DNA of 64,000 nucleotides. Source: Spirulina sp. (GTDB lineage Bacteria > Cyanobacteriota > Cyanobacteriia > Phormidesmidales > Phormidesmidaceae). The DNA lies in NCBI GenBank assembly GCA_044070495.1, contig JBIPSI010000028.1, forward strand, positions 1 to 64,000, read 5' to 3'. Positions 18,679 to 30,127 of this stretch are shown here, piece by piece. Each line of letters begins with the position of its first letter. The stretch's first letter is position 1. The notes below the pieces were generated by a model. The model was given only the letters and a program-made list of their open reading frames with translations. It was not told the DNA's origin and searched no databases. Made by a program: the position numbers and the translations under genes.

Positions 18679-21057
18679 ATGACCAACTTCCTCGCTCCCC
18701 TCAACCCCGCCCAACGCCAAGCCGTCGAGCACTTCTGCGGCCCGCTGCTGGTGGTGGCCGGAGCCGGATCGGGCAAAACCCGCGCCCTGACGTACCGTAT
18801 CGCCAACCTGGTGCTCACCCACCGCATCGACCCAGAAAGCATCTTGGCCGTTACCTTCACCAACAAAGCCGCCAAGGAAATGAAGGAGCGGATTGAGGTT
18901 CTTTTCGCCGAACAGGATGCCCAGGCCAAACACGGTAAGTCCCTGTCCGCTCTGTCAGACTACGAACAAACCAAACTCAAATCCCAGGTCTACAAAAACA
19001 TCACCAAACACCTGTGGATTGGCACCTTCCATGCCCTATGCGCCCGCATTTTGCGGTTTGATATCGAAAAATATCAGCACCCCGCAGGCTATCGCTGGAC
19101 AAAAAGCTTTTCCATTTTTGACGAATCCGACGCCCAAAGCTTAGTCAAAACCATCGTTACCCAAACCCTAAATTTGGACGACAAAAAATTCAACCCGCGC
19201 TCCGTGCGCTTCGCCATCAGCAACGCCAAAAATCAAAAGCTCTCCCCCGATGAATTGGAACAGGAACAACCTAACTATCGCGGACGGGTGATTGCCGATG
19301 TCTATCGCCACTACCAAAAAGCTCTGGCTGAAAATAATGCTCTGGATTTTGATGATCTCATTTTAATGCCCGTTTACCTGTTTCAGCAAAACGAGCAGGT
19401 ACTCGCCTACTGGCACAAACGGTTCCGCCATGTCTTAGTAGACGAATATCAAGACACCAACCGCACCCAGTACGAACTCATTCGTCTTTTAGCCACCAAC
19501 GGCGCAGAGATTTCTGATTATAAAAACTGGGATTATCGGTCTGTTTTTGTAGTTGGAGATGCCGATCAATCAATTTATTCCTTTAGAGCGGCTGACTTTA
19601 CTATTCTGATGAATTTTCAGGATGATTTTGGCGATGGTTTGCCCGATGACGATACCCGCACGATGGTCAAGCTAGAGGAAAACTATCGCTCTACCTCTAA
19701 TATTTTAGAAGTTGCAAACTATCTGATTGAAAATAATACTGAGCGCATTGATAAAGTGCTGCGTCCTACCCGTGGCGAGGGGGAAAGTATTTTTATCTAC
19801 CATGCCGACGATGAAATTGCCGAAGCGAATTTTGTGATTAGCCAAATTCGCCATCTAGAAACCCAGCACCCCGAACTTAACTGGGGTGATTTTGCCATTC
19901 TCTACCGCACCAATGCCCAGTCCCGCGCCTTTGAGGAAATGTTGACCCGCTACGGCATTCCCTACCAAGTGGTGGGCGGAATGCGGTTCTATGATCGCCG
20001 CGAAATTAAGGATGTGTTGGCCTATTTGCGATTGATTGCTAATCCCTCGGATACGGTGAGCCTAAAGCGGGTTATTAACGTCCCAAAACGAGGAGTCGGC
20101 AAAGGCACTTTGGATAAATTAGAACAAGCCGCCCAAACCCTGGGCGTTCCCCTGTGGGAAATTTTGTCTGACGAAACTTCGGTCAAAACCTTGGCCGGAC
20201 GCTCGGCTAGGGGGGTATTGGAATTTGCGGCCTTGGTCAAAAACTATCAGGAAGATATTGCCAACCAAAAGGCATCCACCATCATTCAGGGTGTACTCGA
20301 TGATAGCGGATACTTAGCGGCCCTAAAAGCTGAAGGCACCGACGAAGCCGAGGATCGTTTTGGCAACGTGCAGGAACTTTACAATGCCGTGCTGCAATTT
20401 GAAGAAGAAAACGTCGATGATCCGTCCCTAGAAGCTTTCTTAGCCAATGCCTCCTTGGCTTCAGATTTAGACGATACCAAGGACGGCAAAAATGCCGTTT
20501 CACTGATGACGCTCCATTCTTCTAAGGGTCTAGAGTTTCCAGTCGTCTTCTTAGTGGGACTGGAAGAGGGTCTATTCCCTAACTATCGGTCAATGGAAGA
20601 CCCCGCAGCCCTAGAGGAAGAACGCCGCCTTTGCTACGTGGGCATCACCCGCGCCCAGGAAAGACTATTTATTTCCCACGCCAGGGAACGTCGCCTCTAT
20701 GGTCAGCGAGAAATGGCAAGTCCATCGATTTTCCTATCCGAATTACCCGCCGATTTGGTCAGCGGCAACAGTCCCCATCGTCGCCCAGGACAGGCTAAGG
20801 CAGGGCACGCTACGCCGAGGATTAGTACTCCCATGCGTGAGGCCCGCAAACAGCGAGAATCTGCCGCCAAACCGGGCAGTGGTGCCCACGAACGCGACTG
20901 GAACGTGGGCGATGTGGTGGTTCACAAAGCCTACGGGGCAGGGCAAGTTACCCACATTTTTGGAGCGGGCAATAAAATTTGTTTGGCCATTCAATTCCAG
21001 GGTCAAGGGCGCAAGATTATTGACCCTAAACTCTCGCCTTTACAACGGGCGGAGTAG
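18679..21057 (+). CDS. pcrA: ATP-dependent DNA helicase PcrA/UvrD
   Basis: AGAGSGKT, DEYQDTN, GDADQSIYSFRAA, LYRTNAQSR, HSSKGLEF, EERRLCYVGITRA. Confidence 0.96.
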   Translation: MTNFLAPLNPAQRQAVEHFCGPLLVVAGAGSGKTRALTYRIANLVLTHRIDPESILAVTFTNKAAKEMKERIEVLFAEQDAQAKHGKSLSALSDYEQTKLKSQVYKNITKHLWIGTFHALCARILRFDIEKYQHPAGYRWTKSFSIFDESDAQSLVKTIVTQTLNLDDKKFNPRSVRFAISNAKNQKLSPDELEQEQPNYRGRVIADVYRHYQKALAENNALDFDDLILMPVYLFQQNEQVLAYWHKRFRHVLVDEYQDTNRTQYELIRLLATNGAEISDYKNWDYRSVFVVGDADQSIYSFRAADFTILMNFQDDFGDGLPDDDTRTMVKLEENYRSTSNILEVANYLIENNTERIDKVLRPTRGEGESIFIYHADDEIAEANFVISQIRHLETQHPELNWGDFAILYRTNAQSRAFEEMLTRYGIPYQVVGGMRFYDRREIKDVLAYLRLIANPSDTVSLKRVINVPKRGVGKGTLDKLEQAAQTLGVPLWEILSDETSVKTLAGRSARGVLEFAALVKNYQEDIANQKASTIIQGVLDDSGYLAALKAEGTDEAEDRFGNVQELYNAVLQFEEENVDDPSLEAFLANASLASDLDDTKDGKNAVSLMTLHSSKGLEFPVVFLVGLEEGLFPNYRSMEDPAALEEERRLCYVGITRAQERLFISHARERRLYGQREMASPSIFLSELPADLVSGNSPHRRPGQAKAGHATPRISTPMREARKQRESAAKPGSGAHERDWNVGDVVVHKAYGAGQVTHIFGAGNKICLAIQFQGQGRKIIDPKLSPLQRAE

Positions 21058-21076
21058 AATCTATCGAGTCGGGATA

Positions 21077-21140
21077 AAAACCCGGTTTCTTCTTTGCGGT
21101 CCCAGGGGCGGCTTGTTTTCCAGGCCAGAAACCGGGTTTT
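21077..21140. repeat. Inverted repeat AAAACCCGGTTTCT...AGAAACCGGGTTTT
   Basis: Perfect 14-bp arms downstream of pcrA; a related single copy lies near 36311. Confidence 0.6.
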
Positions 21141-21225
21141 CGATTAGGTTATCCCGATGCTCTAGACCGTCGGAGTTTGAGGTTAAGATGGCTAACGTTG
21201 CTCCACCGATGTCCTTTGTGTTGCT

Positions 21226-22737
21226 ATGGGTTTTACCGAGGATTTAGGGCTGCTGCTCCGCGCCCGCTACCCGATTATCTACGTGGCCACCGCCGAAGAG
21301 GAACGGGCCGAAGCGGAAATTACCGCCAGCGCCAAGGCCCAGGGAGATCGGGCGGTATATCTGTGGGACTTTGTAGACGGCTACCAGGGCAACCTCAACG
21401 ATGCGGGCTTTGGGCGGCGTAATCCATTGCAGGCACTAGAACTGGTGGAAAAGCTGCCCGCTGGTGCTCCGGCGGTGTTTATTTTGCGGGATTTTCAGCG
21501 CTTTTTGGATGACATCGCCATTTCCCGCAAGCTGCGAAACCTGGCGCGGTTACTCAAATCTCAGCCCAAAAACATCGTCATTCTGTCGCCCCAGTTGGCC
21601 ATCCCGGAGGAACTGGGGGAGAGTATCACGGTGATTGAGTTCACCCTGCCCTCGGCGGCGGCGATTCGTCAGGAGGTGCAGCAGCTCTTGGGGGACACGG
21701 GCACCAACCTGTCGCCGACCATGCTGGATGAGGTGGTGCGGTCTTGTCAGGGGCTTTCCCTAGAGCGAATTCGGCGGGTATTGGGCCGAGCCATCGCCAG
21801 CCATGGGGCCTTTGACGACCGCGATTTGGATTTGATCCTAGAGGAAAAGCGCCAAACCATTCGCCAAACCCAAATTTTGGACTACTACCCCGCCACCGAG
21901 CAAATTTCCGACATCGGCGGCCTGGATAACCTGAAGGACTGGCTGCTGAAACGGGGAACCGCCTTCTCCGAAAAAGCCCGTCAGTACGGCCTGCCCTACC
22001 CCCGTGGGCTGCTGCTGATCGGCATCCAGGGCACCGGGAAATCCCTCACCGCCAAGGCCATTGCCCACCACTGGCACCTGCCCCTGCTGCGGCTGGATGT
22101 GGGGCGGCTGTTTGGCGGACTCGTCGGCGAATCGGAATCCCGCACTCGGCAGATGATCCAACTGGCCGAAGCCCTGGCCCCCTGTGTGCTGTGGATCGAC
22201 GAAATTGACAAAGCCTTTGCCGGGGTAGAAGGCCGCAGCGATGGCGGCACCACCAGCCGGGTGTTTGGTACCTTCATCACCTGGATGGCGGAAAAAAGCT
22301 CCCCGGTGTTTGTGGTGGCCACCGCCAACAACATTCAAGCCCTGCCGCCGGAAATGCTGCGTCGGGGACGGTTCGATGAAATTTTCTTTGTGGGTTTGCC
22401 CAGCCAAAGTGAACGGCAAGCCATCTTTGAAGTCCACCTCGCCCGTCTGCGACCCCACAGTTTGGCGAATTACGACATTCCCCGACTGGCCGAAGAAACC
22501 CCCGATTTTTCTGGGGCCGAAATTGAGCAGATGATCGTGGAAGCGATGCACCTCGGCTTTAGCCAAAACCGCGACTTCACCACCAACGACATCCTCGAAG
22601 CCGCCAGCCAAATTGTGCCCCTGGCCCGCACCGCCCAGGAACAAATCGAAGCCCTACAGGCCTGGGCCAACTCTGGCAAAGCCCGCCTCGCCTCCCGCAG
22701 CGACCTAGGCCAACGACTGAAATCCACCAACAATTAA
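21226..22737 (+). CDS. Ycf46-like AAA+ ATPase
   Basis: RARYPIIY...EEER N-terminus, [28 protein letters not shown]. Confidence 0.9.
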   Translation: MGFTEDLGLLLRARYPIIYVATAEEERAEAEITASAKAQGDRAVYLWDFVDGYQGNLNDAGFGRRNPLQALELVEKLPAGAPAVFILRDFQRFLDDIAISRKLRNLARLLKSQPKNIVILSPQLAIPEELGESITVIEFTLPSAAAIRQEVQQLLGDTGTNLSPTMLDEVVRSCQGLSLERIRRVLGRAIASHGAFDDRDLDLILEEKRQTIRQTQILDYYPATEQISDIGGLDNLKDWLLKRGTAFSEKARQYGLPYPRGLLLIGIQGTGKSLTAKAIAHHWHLPLLRLDVGRLFGGLVGESESRTRQMIQLAEALAPCVLWIDEIDKAFAGVEGRSDGGTTSRVFGTFITWMAEKSSPVFVVATANNIQALPPEMLRRGRFDEIFFVGLPSQSERQAIFEVHLARLRPHSLANYDIPRLAEETPDFSGAEIEQMIVEAMHLGFSQNRDFTTNDILEAASQIVPLARTAQEQIEALQAWANSGKARLASRSDLGQRLKSTNN

Positions 22738-22770
22738 TGTCAAATCCTGGTTGATGACCTCCGGTTTAGG

Positions 22771-22791
22771 GGGACGAGGAGACCTCGCCCC
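22771..22791. repeat. REP-like palindrome
   Basis: GGGACGAGGAGACCTCGCCCC between convergent genes; same family as 33250. Confidence 0.55.
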
Positions 22792-22792
22792 A

Positions 22793-23023
22793 TCAGGGCG
22801 CACCACCCCGATTGCCTCGGTCGGGTTCTGCTCCCATGGAATAGTGAATGAAAACCCGGCCTGCGTGGAGGGCTTCGCCGCTAGTGCTGTAGATTTCGCC
22901 ATCATTGAGCACCACTAAATCGGGGTTAATCACCCAGCAGCGATACCCCTGCCCCGAATCGTAGGTGATGGCGGCAATCCAGCCAGGAAAGGTTAGGACA
23001 TGGGTGAGCTTACTGGTCGCCAT
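22793..23023 (-). CDS. Small hypothetical protein
   Basis: 76-aa ORF with protein-like composition (PGWIAAI...GYRCWVINP), divergent from recA. Confidence 0.6.
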   Translation of the reverse strand: MATSKLTHVLTFPGWIAAITYDSGQGYRCWVINPDLVVLNDGEIYSTSGEALHAGRVFIHYSMGAEPDRGNRGGAP

Positions 23024-23248
23024 GGGGATTCACCTGCGGTTGGCGGGGGGAGAGGGTAGGATAGGGGAGCCAATCAAGGCCATCGAACAGGTTGGGGTAG
23101 ATTTGGCCCCAGGGATTTTGCCAGCCAGAACAGCGATCTGGGGCGGCAAGCTGGGCAGACTGACCTTAGGGGGCCGAACGATCAACCCTTGTCGGGCTGG
23201 GCCTTCTAGGATCTGGATCTGGCTCAACCTTCTAAATATTTGTAATTT

Positions 23249-23267
23249 GGTTCAAGTGTACTATGAT
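23249..23267 (+). promoter_or_regulatory. Putative LexA box abutting a -10 element upstream of recA
   Basis: GGTTC-AAG-TGTACT has one mismatch to the cyanobacterial consensus RGTAC-N3-DGTWCB and overlaps TATGAT at 23262-23267. Confidence 0.5.
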
Positions 23268-23445
23268 AGCATTGTTGGGCGCAATGCCTTCTCGGTTGGC
23301 CCTTGGGCTAGGCCCGATGTTTGGCCCAAAGGTAGAGCTTTTGGCCCAGAGAAATTACACTTCATTGAGTTCATTGGGGTTGGCCTTGTTCCTAGGCTTG
23401 ACCGCAACCCCACCCCCTGCGACCCGTTACCCCCCTTAGGCAGCT

Positions 23446-24519
23446 ATGGCACCTAAAAACAGCGACGTTTCCGAAAAGCAAAAAGCCCTAACCATGGTGC
23501 TCAACCAGATTGAGCGCAACTTTGGCAAAGGGTCTATCATGCGTCTGGGCGAAGCCAGCCGGATGCAGATCGAAACCATCCCCACCGGGGCACTCACCCT
23601 GGATTTGGCCCTGGGGGGTGGCCTGCCCAAGGGGCGAATCATCGAAATCTACGGCCCTGAGAGTTCCGGTAAAACCACCGTCGCCCTCCATGCCCTCGCC
23701 GAGGTTCAGAAATCTGGCGGCGTGGCGGCCTTTGTGGATGCGGAGCACGCCCTGGATCCGGTCTATGCCAAGGCCGTAGGGGTCAATATTGACGAATTAC
23801 TGGTTTCCCAGCCGGATACCGGGGAAATGGGCCTGGAAGTGGTCGATCAACTGGTGCGTTCCTCCGCCATTGACGTGGTGGTGGTAGACTCGGTGGCGGC
23901 CCTGGTACCCCGCGCCGAAATTGAAGGGGAAATGGGCGATGCCCACGTTGGCTTGCAGGCCCGCCTGATGAGCCAAGCCCTGCGCAAGATCACCGGCAGC
24001 ATTGGCAAATCCCAATGTACGGTGATTTTTCTGAACCAACTGCGCCAAAAGATCGGCATCTCCTACGGCAACCCCGAAACCACCACCGGGGGCAACGCCC
24101 TCAAGTTCTATGCCTCAGTACGGCTAGATATTCGCCGCATCCAAACCCTGAAAAAGGGCACTGAAGAATACGGGATCCGCGCCAAGGTGAAGGTGGCCAA
24201 AAACAAAGTGGCTCCCCCCTTCCGCATCGCTGAGTTTGACATTCTCTTTGGCCAGGGCATTTCCACCATGGGCTGCCTGGTAGACTTGGCGGAACAAACC
24301 GGGGTGATCACCCGCAAAGGAGCCTGGTACAGCTACGAGGGCGACAACATCGGCCAAGGGCGCGACAACACCGTCACCCGCCTGCTGGAGGACAGCGCCT
24401 TTGCCGCCAAGGTAGAAGCCCAGGTGCGCGAAAAACTCGCCATCAACGGCAACCCCACCGCCATCGAAGAACCCGACGAGGAGACGGAAGACGACCTCCT
24501 TGAAGAAGAGGACGTCTAG
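23446..24519 (+). CDS. recA: Recombinase A
   Basis: [44 protein letters not shown]. Confidence 0.99.
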   Translation: MAPKNSDVSEKQKALTMVLNQIERNFGKGSIMRLGEASRMQIETIPTGALTLDLALGGGLPKGRIIEIYGPESSGKTTVALHALAEVQKSGGVAAFVDAEHALDPVYAKAVGVNIDELLVSQPDTGEMGLEVVDQLVRSSAIDVVVVDSVAALVPRAEIEGEMGDAHVGLQARLMSQALRKITGSIGKSQCTVIFLNQLRQKIGISYGNPETTTGGNALKFYASVRLDIRRIQTLKKGTEEYGIRAKVKVAKNKVAPPFRIAEFDILFGQGISTMGCLVDLAEQTGVITRKGAWYSYEGDNIGQGRDNTVTRLLEDSAFAAKVEAQVREKLAINGNPTAIEEPDEETEDDLLEEEDV

Positions 24520-24550
24520 CATCCAGCCCTGATCCCCAACCCAACCATCC

Positions 24551-24574
24551 GTAGGGGCGAGGTCTCCTTGCCCT
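24551..24574. repeat. GTAG-type REP
   Basis: GTAGGGGCGAGGTCTCCTTGCCCT after recA. Confidence 0.6.
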
Positions 24575-24615
24575 CACCCAGGTATCGTCGTCACCCCCAG
24601 CCCCCCTTCGATGGA

Positions 24616-24784
24616 GGCTACCGCCTATACACAAGGCTCTATTCCGTTGGGTTCCTAGGGTTGATCCCCCCCGGCCCCCCTTAAAAAGGGGAGAACCGGA
24701 TTCAAAGTCCCCCTTGACAAGGGGGATTTAGGGGGATCTCCCAGGCATGACGGCATGAGCAAAAGATATGTATAAGCAGTAGCC
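24616..24784. mobile_element. MITE-like element carrying an internal CCCCC...AAAAAGGGG palindromic repeat
   Basis: Imperfect TIRs GGCTACCGCCTATACACA / TATGTATAAGCAGTAGCC; interior homologous to the element at 31090-31254. Confidence 0.65.
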
Positions 24785-24864
24785 CAGAAAAGAGCGAGGG
24801 CCAGAAGCCTCTGTCAAATTGGGGACGGGTTAGGCTCACCCTAGATGGCTAGCCCAGCGATGAG

Positions 24865-25503
24865 TTACGCTTGCCCAGCCAAGGAGAGGGCGGTGGAGAT
24901 CGTCCACCCATCAATCAACAGCAGCAGCAGGGTAAACACCAGCAGAACGCCATACATCCAGGGCTGGGCCAGGGGCTTCACATCCTGGGTGTCGATATTG
25001 GTGTAGCGCTCTACTAAACCGACAAGGCGAGAAAACCCCGCCACCCGCATGGGCAACAGATAGGCTTTTGTGTCGTTTCCTGCGGTATTAGAACCAACGA
25101 AGTAATAGACAATCCCCCCCTGCCCCGTAGATCGCGGTTTGAGCGCCTGGGCCTGATCCCAAGGCAGCCGCCAGCCGCCCCGGAATAGCCAGCGAATCCA
25201 GCCCGGATAGGTGACTTCGATAGCTTGGTCATCCACCACCACCCGCTGCCCCAAGGCACCATACAGCCCCAGCCAGCCTAGACCGATCCCCACCGTTAAA
25301 ATGAGCGGCGACACCGGGGCATCGGTGGCCTGGGCCAAAAAGGGCAATGGCCCCATCAGCGCCAGGTACAACAGCAGCAACGTTAGGCGGATGAAGGGCG
25401 CGATGGGAAAGACTTGGCGGCTTTCTCCAGAGGCTACCTCAGACTGGGCGGAGGGGGATGCGACACCGGTGGAGTCGGTCGGATGGGAGGATCGGAAATC
25501 CAT
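24865..25503 (-). CDS. Hypothetical membrane protein (cyanobacterial, PH-like central domain)
   Basis: Three hydrophobic segments; LKPRSTGQGGIVYYF and LLPMRVAGF motifs. Probable ATG at 25503. Confidence 0.7.
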   Translation of the reverse strand: MDFRSSHPTDSTGVASPSAQSEVASGESRQVFPIAPFIRLTLLLLYLALMGPLPFLAQATDAPVSPLILTVGIGLGWLGLYGALGQRVVVDDQAIEVTYPGWIRWLFRGGWRLPWDQAQALKPRSTGQGGIVYYFVGSNTAGNDTKAYLLPMRVAGFSRLVGLVERYTNIDTQDVKPLAQPWMYGVLLVFTLLLLLIDGWTISTALSLAGQA

Positions 25504-25532
25504 GGTGGACGTAGGAATGGGGTGGGCTTCCC

Positions 25533-25967
25533 CTAAGGTAAATACTTTTGCACCACCTGCCAACCCGACAACCCCACCCCCGCCAAAGCCAGGGCCAAGC
25601 CGCCGTTCAGCGCTAGGTGAAGTTTTCTAGCCCAAGGCCGATCCACACTAATGCGGCTGGCACTCCAGGCGGAGGCCAACACCAAACCCACCACCAGCAA
25701 CCCCAGGGGCAGGTGCACAGAATGCCCTAGGCGACCATACTCGCCCAGGGTGCCGACAATGCCGATGGACAGCAGCAGTAACACCAGAACCACGAGGGTG
25801 ATGCCCAGGGTGAGGTGGAGAATCCGCAACCAAGCAGGGGGATCTGGCTGACGACGACGATAGGCCCAGTAGCCCCCTGTCGCGGCCAACAGCCCGTAAC
25901 CCGTGAGAGTTAGCCCCATGGACCAGGCCGCAATCCGCCATAGCCATAAAAAAGAAGGTAAGTCCAA
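25533..25967 (-). CDS. DUF4079-like membrane protein
   Basis: MDLPSFLWLWRIAAWSMG start and four TM helices with conserved His residues. Confidence 0.75.
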   Translation of the reverse strand: MDLPSFLWLWRIAAWSMGLTLTGYGLLAATGGYWAYRRRQPDPPAWLRILHLTLGITLVVLVLLLLSIGIVGTLGEYGRLGHSVHLPLGLLVVGLVLASAWSASRISVDRPWARKLHLALNGGLALALAGVGLSGWQVVQKYLP

Positions 25968-26095
25968 AGTTTGAATCCAAACGCAGGAAGACTTACCTTT
26001 TCAATAGCATGACCTCGACCCTAGGGCGCGATCAATGGCACGGGATGTTACAACGGGATGCGTCCCACCTAGGGCGACGGGAAGGGTGCGTGTCC

Positions 26096-26428
26096 CTAAC
26101 TCACCACAACCGCAGGCTGTTCAGCGCTGGACTCGGTGGAAGGATCCGAGATGGCCTCCCCTTCCTCCTCATCCTGATCGATGGCAAGCCGTTCGCAGGG
26201 AATGGTATCGGACAGAATGGCGCTGGCCATCATGCCTGTGTGAATTTCCAGCATGGCCTTGGGTACCGTTTCAAACATCAACCGTTGGCCTGGAAAGACG
26301 ACCCGTTCAAAATACCAATCGGGGACGTTTGTAATCCGAGCAATCTGAATCTTACTGGTGGCGTTGACATAGCAACAGAGCACCTGCCTGGAGCTATCGG
26401 AGGGGATGGGATCAAGAATTTGTGCCAT
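26096..26428 (-). CDS. DUF1830 domain protein
   Basis: MAQILDP...CCYVNATSKIQIARITN...YFERVVFPGQRLMFE. Confidence 0.85.
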   Translation of the reverse strand: MAQILDPIPSDSSRQVLCCYVNATSKIQIARITNVPDWYFERVVFPGQRLMFETVPKAMLEIHTGMMASAILSDTIPCERLAIDQDEEEGEAISDPSTESSAEQPAVVVS

Positions 26429-27114
26429 TGATGCTGCGGACATAACTGCATGAATCACTAGGGAGACCCTAACACTTGGCGATCCCCAATGGCTGTAAAG
26501 GCGACTACCAACCCCCGTGAAACTGTAACGAAATGGTACAGAGGGCAAGATTTCTTAGGGAGACTTCATTAATCCCTAGGGGTTTGGCCGCTAAAGTTTA
26601 CCCGCGATAAATACCTGCTTCTATCAATCTTTCAATCTTTTTGGAGACCTATTCTATTGCTCAAATCCAATCCTCAGATCCCAGGATTAGAGATCATTTA
26701 GTTTTCACAGGGGGGCGCACTTTAGCAAAAACCTTAATGCTTTCTTTAGATTTGGGTTACGGGGCACCAGGGTCGAAATCCTACGCAGACGGTGCGCCAG
26801 CCCTAGGCAACCCCTCCCTGGTAGGTTCTCAGAAGGGCGGCCTAGACCATGTCCCTGGGCCAGATTGGCCCAAGATCGTGGATGAATGGTCAGGGATGAA
26901 TGATCAGGGATAGATGGCCAATGATCTACCAGCAAGCCATTGATGGATCTATTGATCCCGGTCTATTGCGATGGGGTTAGAAGCGAATCCCCTAGGGCCA
27001 CCGCTGCCGGGGGACAATGTTATTGTAAAGATAGGTGAACCGTTCTCAGGGTTAGCGTTCCCCGGTCAGGGGGTTGTTCTACCCAGATCACCTTGCCCGT
27101 CTCTCCGCGTGCGA

Positions 27115-28713
27115 ATGATGACCCCTCAATCCGCCGATCTGCCCCGTGTGCTCTACGTTCGGTTGCCCTGCAACCCGATTTTTCCCATCGGGGTGGTGTA
27201 CCTGGCCGATCATCTTCACAAGCTGTTCCCCCATGTAGAGCAGCGTATTTTTGACTTGGGAGCCGTGCCTCCGCTGGACTACGGTGCCGCCCTAGATCGC
27301 TGTATCGACGAATTTCGGCCCACGCTGCTGGTCTTCTCCTGGCGAGACATCCAAATTTTTGCGCCCGTGGGTGGACGGGGCGGCAACCCGCTGCAAAACG
27401 CCTTTGAATTCTTCTACGCCCGCAATCCCTTCCTCAAACTGCGGGGGGCGATGGGTGGTCTGCGGATGGCGACCACCTACCTAGCGGAACTGTGGCGCAA
27501 TCAGGGTCTGATTAAACGCGGTCTGAAACGGGCCAAGCGCCATCGCGATCAGGTGACCGTGGTCGTGGGCGGCGGGGCCGTCAGTGTGTTCTACGAACAA
27601 CTCAATCAGCGTCTGCCCAAGGGCACCATTATTTCCGTAGGCGAAGGGGAAACCCTGCTAGAGCGGCTGCTGCGGGGGCAAGATTTTTCAGACCAGCGCT
27701 GCTACATTGCCGGGGAAACCACCCCTCGCCAGCGACTGATCCACGAAGAACCCGACCCCATCGAAAAAACCGCCTGTAACTACGGCTATATCGAGCAAAT
27801 TTGGCCGGAATTTGATTATTATCTGCAAGATCAAGACTTTTACATTGGCGTACAAACCAAGCGTGGCTGTCCCCACAATTGCTGCTACTGTGTCTACACC
27901 GTGGTCGAAGGCAAGCAGGTTCGCATCAATCCCGCCGATGAAGTGGTGGCGGAAATGCGCCAGCTTTACGATCGGGGGGTGCGCAACTTCTGGTTCACCG
28001 ATGCCCAGTTCATCCCGGCTCGCCGCTTTATGCAGGATGCCGAGGAACTGCTGCAAAAAATCCTCGATGCGGGCATGGAGGACATCCACTGGGCCGCCTA
28101 CATCCGGGCCGACAACATCACGCCCAAGCTGGCCGACCTGATGGTGGCCACGGGCATGAACTACTTTGAAATCGGCATCACCAGCGGTTCCCAAGAACTG
28201 GTTCGCAAAATGCGGATGGGCTACAACCTGCGGACGGTACTGCAAAACTGCAAAGACCTGAAGGCCGCTGGGTTCAACGACCTGGTGTCCGTCAACTATT
28301 CCTTTAATGTGATTGACGAACGTCCCGAAACCATCCGCCAAACCCTGGCCTACCACCGCGCCCTAGAGGAAGTCTTTGGCCGCGACAAGGTGGAACCCGC
28401 CATCTTCTTCATCGGCCTGCAACCCCACACCCACCTAGAGGAATACGCCTTCGAGAAGGACATCCTCAAGCGCGACTACAACCCCCTGGATATTCACCTG
28501 CCCTGGGTATCTAAGAAATTGCTGTGGAACCCCGAACCCCTAGGTTCCTTCTTTGGGGAAATTTGCCTAGAGGCTTGGCAGCGCAACCCCGACGACTTTG
28601 GCCGCGAGGTGATGGACATCCTAGAAGAGCGCCTAGGCCGCGCCCCCCTAGAGGAAGCCCTCAGCGCCCCGATCCCCGAAGAAAAGCGATCCCTGGCCTC
28701 CCTGTCAGCCTAG
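27115..28713 (+). CDS. B12-binding radical SAM protein, Slr0320-like (PSII high-light acclimation)
   Basis: YVRLPCNPIFPIGVVYLADH N-terminus and RGCPHNCCYC CxxxCxxC motif. Confidence 0.9.
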   Translation: MMTPQSADLPRVLYVRLPCNPIFPIGVVYLADHLHKLFPHVEQRIFDLGAVPPLDYGAALDRCIDEFRPTLLVFSWRDIQIFAPVGGRGGNPLQNAFEFFYARNPFLKLRGAMGGLRMATTYLAELWRNQGLIKRGLKRAKRHRDQVTVVVGGGAVSVFYEQLNQRLPKGTIISVGEGETLLERLLRGQDFSDQRCYIAGETTPRQRLIHEEPDPIEKTACNYGYIEQIWPEFDYYLQDQDFYIGVQTKRGCPHNCCYCVYTVVEGKQVRINPADEVVAEMRQLYDRGVRNFWFTDAQFIPARRFMQDAEELLQKILDAGMEDIHWAAYIRADNITPKLADLMVATGMNYFEIGITSGSQELVRKMRMGYNLRTVLQNCKDLKAAGFNDLVSVNYSFNVIDERPETIRQTLAYHRALEEVFGRDKVEPAIFFIGLQPHTHLEEYAFEKDILKRDYNPLDIHLPWVSKKLLWNPEPLGSFFGEICLEAWQRNPDDFGREVMDILEERLGRAPLEEALSAPIPEEKRSLASLSA

Positions 28714-28773
28714 GGGTTGGGATAGATGAAGCGGATTGATTGACAAAACTTGCCAGAATTCAAATCGGTCAAA

Positions 28774-28796
28774 GGGTCAGGAGACCTGACCCCTAC
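28774..28796. repeat. REP-like palindrome
   Basis: GGGTCAGGAGACCTGACCCCTAC between convergent genes; compensatory stem changes relative to 33250. Confidence 0.6.
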
Positions 28797-28833
28797 AATG
28801 TCCTGGATCCTGGGGTTTACTGACCCCTAAGAT

Positions 28834-29982
28834 TTACAGGGGCGCTTTGGCTTCGTCGCAGGTGCCCCCCAAGGCGTTGACGATGGTGCAAGTGTTGACC
28901 ACAAGCATCGCCTGGGTGTTGGGGGCAACACTGTCCGGCCCCCCTGGGCCTTCGACCATGAGGGGTTGCTCGGCTACGGCTACACCGGCATTGTTAGCCA
29001 CGGTCTGGATGAGGGCCGGATTGGTGGTGGATTCGGCAAAAATGGCGGGCACGGTGGCCGTTTTGATCTGATCCACCAGGGCTGTCAACGCCCTGGGTGA
29101 GGGTTGGGCCTCGGTGCTTAGGCCGCTGAGTGCGCCTTTGATTTCAAAGCCATAGGCCTCGGCAAAATAGCGAAAGGCATCGTGGGTGGTCACCAAACGC
29201 CGATTGGGCTGTGGTACCGTGCTGACCTGGTCTTGAATCCACTGATCGAGGGTGGTGAACTGGGTGGTGAGTTGTTCAGCCTGGGCTTGGTATTGGCTGG
29301 CTAGATCAGGGTTCACCTCGGACAACGCCGTGGCAATGACCTCAACCATGGCCGCACTGTGGCGAGCATTGTGCCAAACATGCGGATCGGGTACGAGACT
29401 TGCCGCCTCGCCCTGGGCCGAGTCGCCGGAGGTCTCTTCGTGGTTGTGGTCGTGGTTGCGGTCGTGGCTGTGGTCGTGGCTGTGGTCGTGGCTGTGGCTG
29501 CCTTGATCGGCCTCACCGTGGCCATGGTCATCGCCATGATCGTGGTCGTCGCTGTGACCGTCGCCATGGTCGTGATCGTGGTCGTGCCCTTGCCCCATCA
29601 GGGGATTCGGCACCGCCATCTCTAGAACCGCAACCTTGGGGGCTGGATTTGGACTGGCCGTCACGATGCTGAGCACCGAGGGGGCAAAGTTGTAGCCGTC
29701 ATAGATCACAAGATCCGCCCCATCCACCATCTGCCGATCCGAGGGGCGGGCCTGGAAGGTGTGGGGATCTTGCCCCGGTGCCATCAGACAGGCTAGGTCG
29801 ATGCTATCTGCGGCAATCTGCTGCGCTAGGTCGCAGATCACGCTGCTGGTAGCCACTACTTGGGGCCGTAGAGCCGGATCCGCCGTTGCCCCGGCGTCGG
29901 TTGTTTCACGACTGGCGCACCCCCCCAGAGCCACTGCCGCCATGGCCAACCCTAGGCTGGCTACATTGTATGGTTTAGCCAT
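28834..29982 (-). CDS. znuA: Zn ABC transporter substrate-binding lipoprotein with His-rich loop (ZnuA-like)
   Basis: Lipobox LGGC, DPHTF, long (HD)n loop, DPHVW, TTHDAFRYF; Zur-like box upstream. Confidence 0.85.
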   Translation of the reverse strand: MAKPYNVASLGLAMAAVALGGCASRETTDAGATADPALRPQVVATSSVICDLAQQIAADSIDLACLMAPGQDPHTFQARPSDRQMVDGADLVIYDGYNFAPSVLSIVTASPNPAPKVAVLEMAVPNPLMGQGHDHDHDHGDGHSDDHDHGDDHGHGEADQGSHSHDHSHDHSHDRNHDHNHEETSGDSAQGEAASLVPDPHVWHNARHSAAMVEVIATALSEVNPDLASQYQAQAEQLTTQFTTLDQWIQDQVSTVPQPNRRLVTTHDAFRYFAEAYGFEIKGALSGLSTEAQPSPRALTALVDQIKTATVPAIFAESTTNPALIQTVANNAGVAVAEQPLMVEGPGGPDSVAPNTQAMLVVNTCTIVNALGGTCDEAKAPL

Positions 29983-29993
29983 TATTTTCAGTG

Positions 29994-30012
29994 AATGATA
30001 ATCGTTATCATT
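29994..30012. promoter_or_regulatory. Zur (Fur-family) box
   Basis: AATGATAATCGTTATCATT matches the 7-1-7 TGATAATNATTATCA consensus with one mismatch, immediately upstream of znuA. Confidence 0.8.
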
Positions 30013-30127
30013 TTAGCTCAAAGTATCGGCTCTAATTGACCTCAACAGACAAGGCTTTTTCCTCAGATTTCCCAGCGTTCTTTCGCTACATTAAGTAAGG
30101 TGAACGGATAGTTGGACGGGGTAAGCG

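Noticed and set aside
26525..26539. NtcA site
   Set aside because: Spacing is GTA-N9-TAC, not N8.
29400..29590. Repeat-rich alternative ORFs (RGCG, TATT, VVAV)
   Set aside because: Shadow frames of the ZnuA His-Asp loop.
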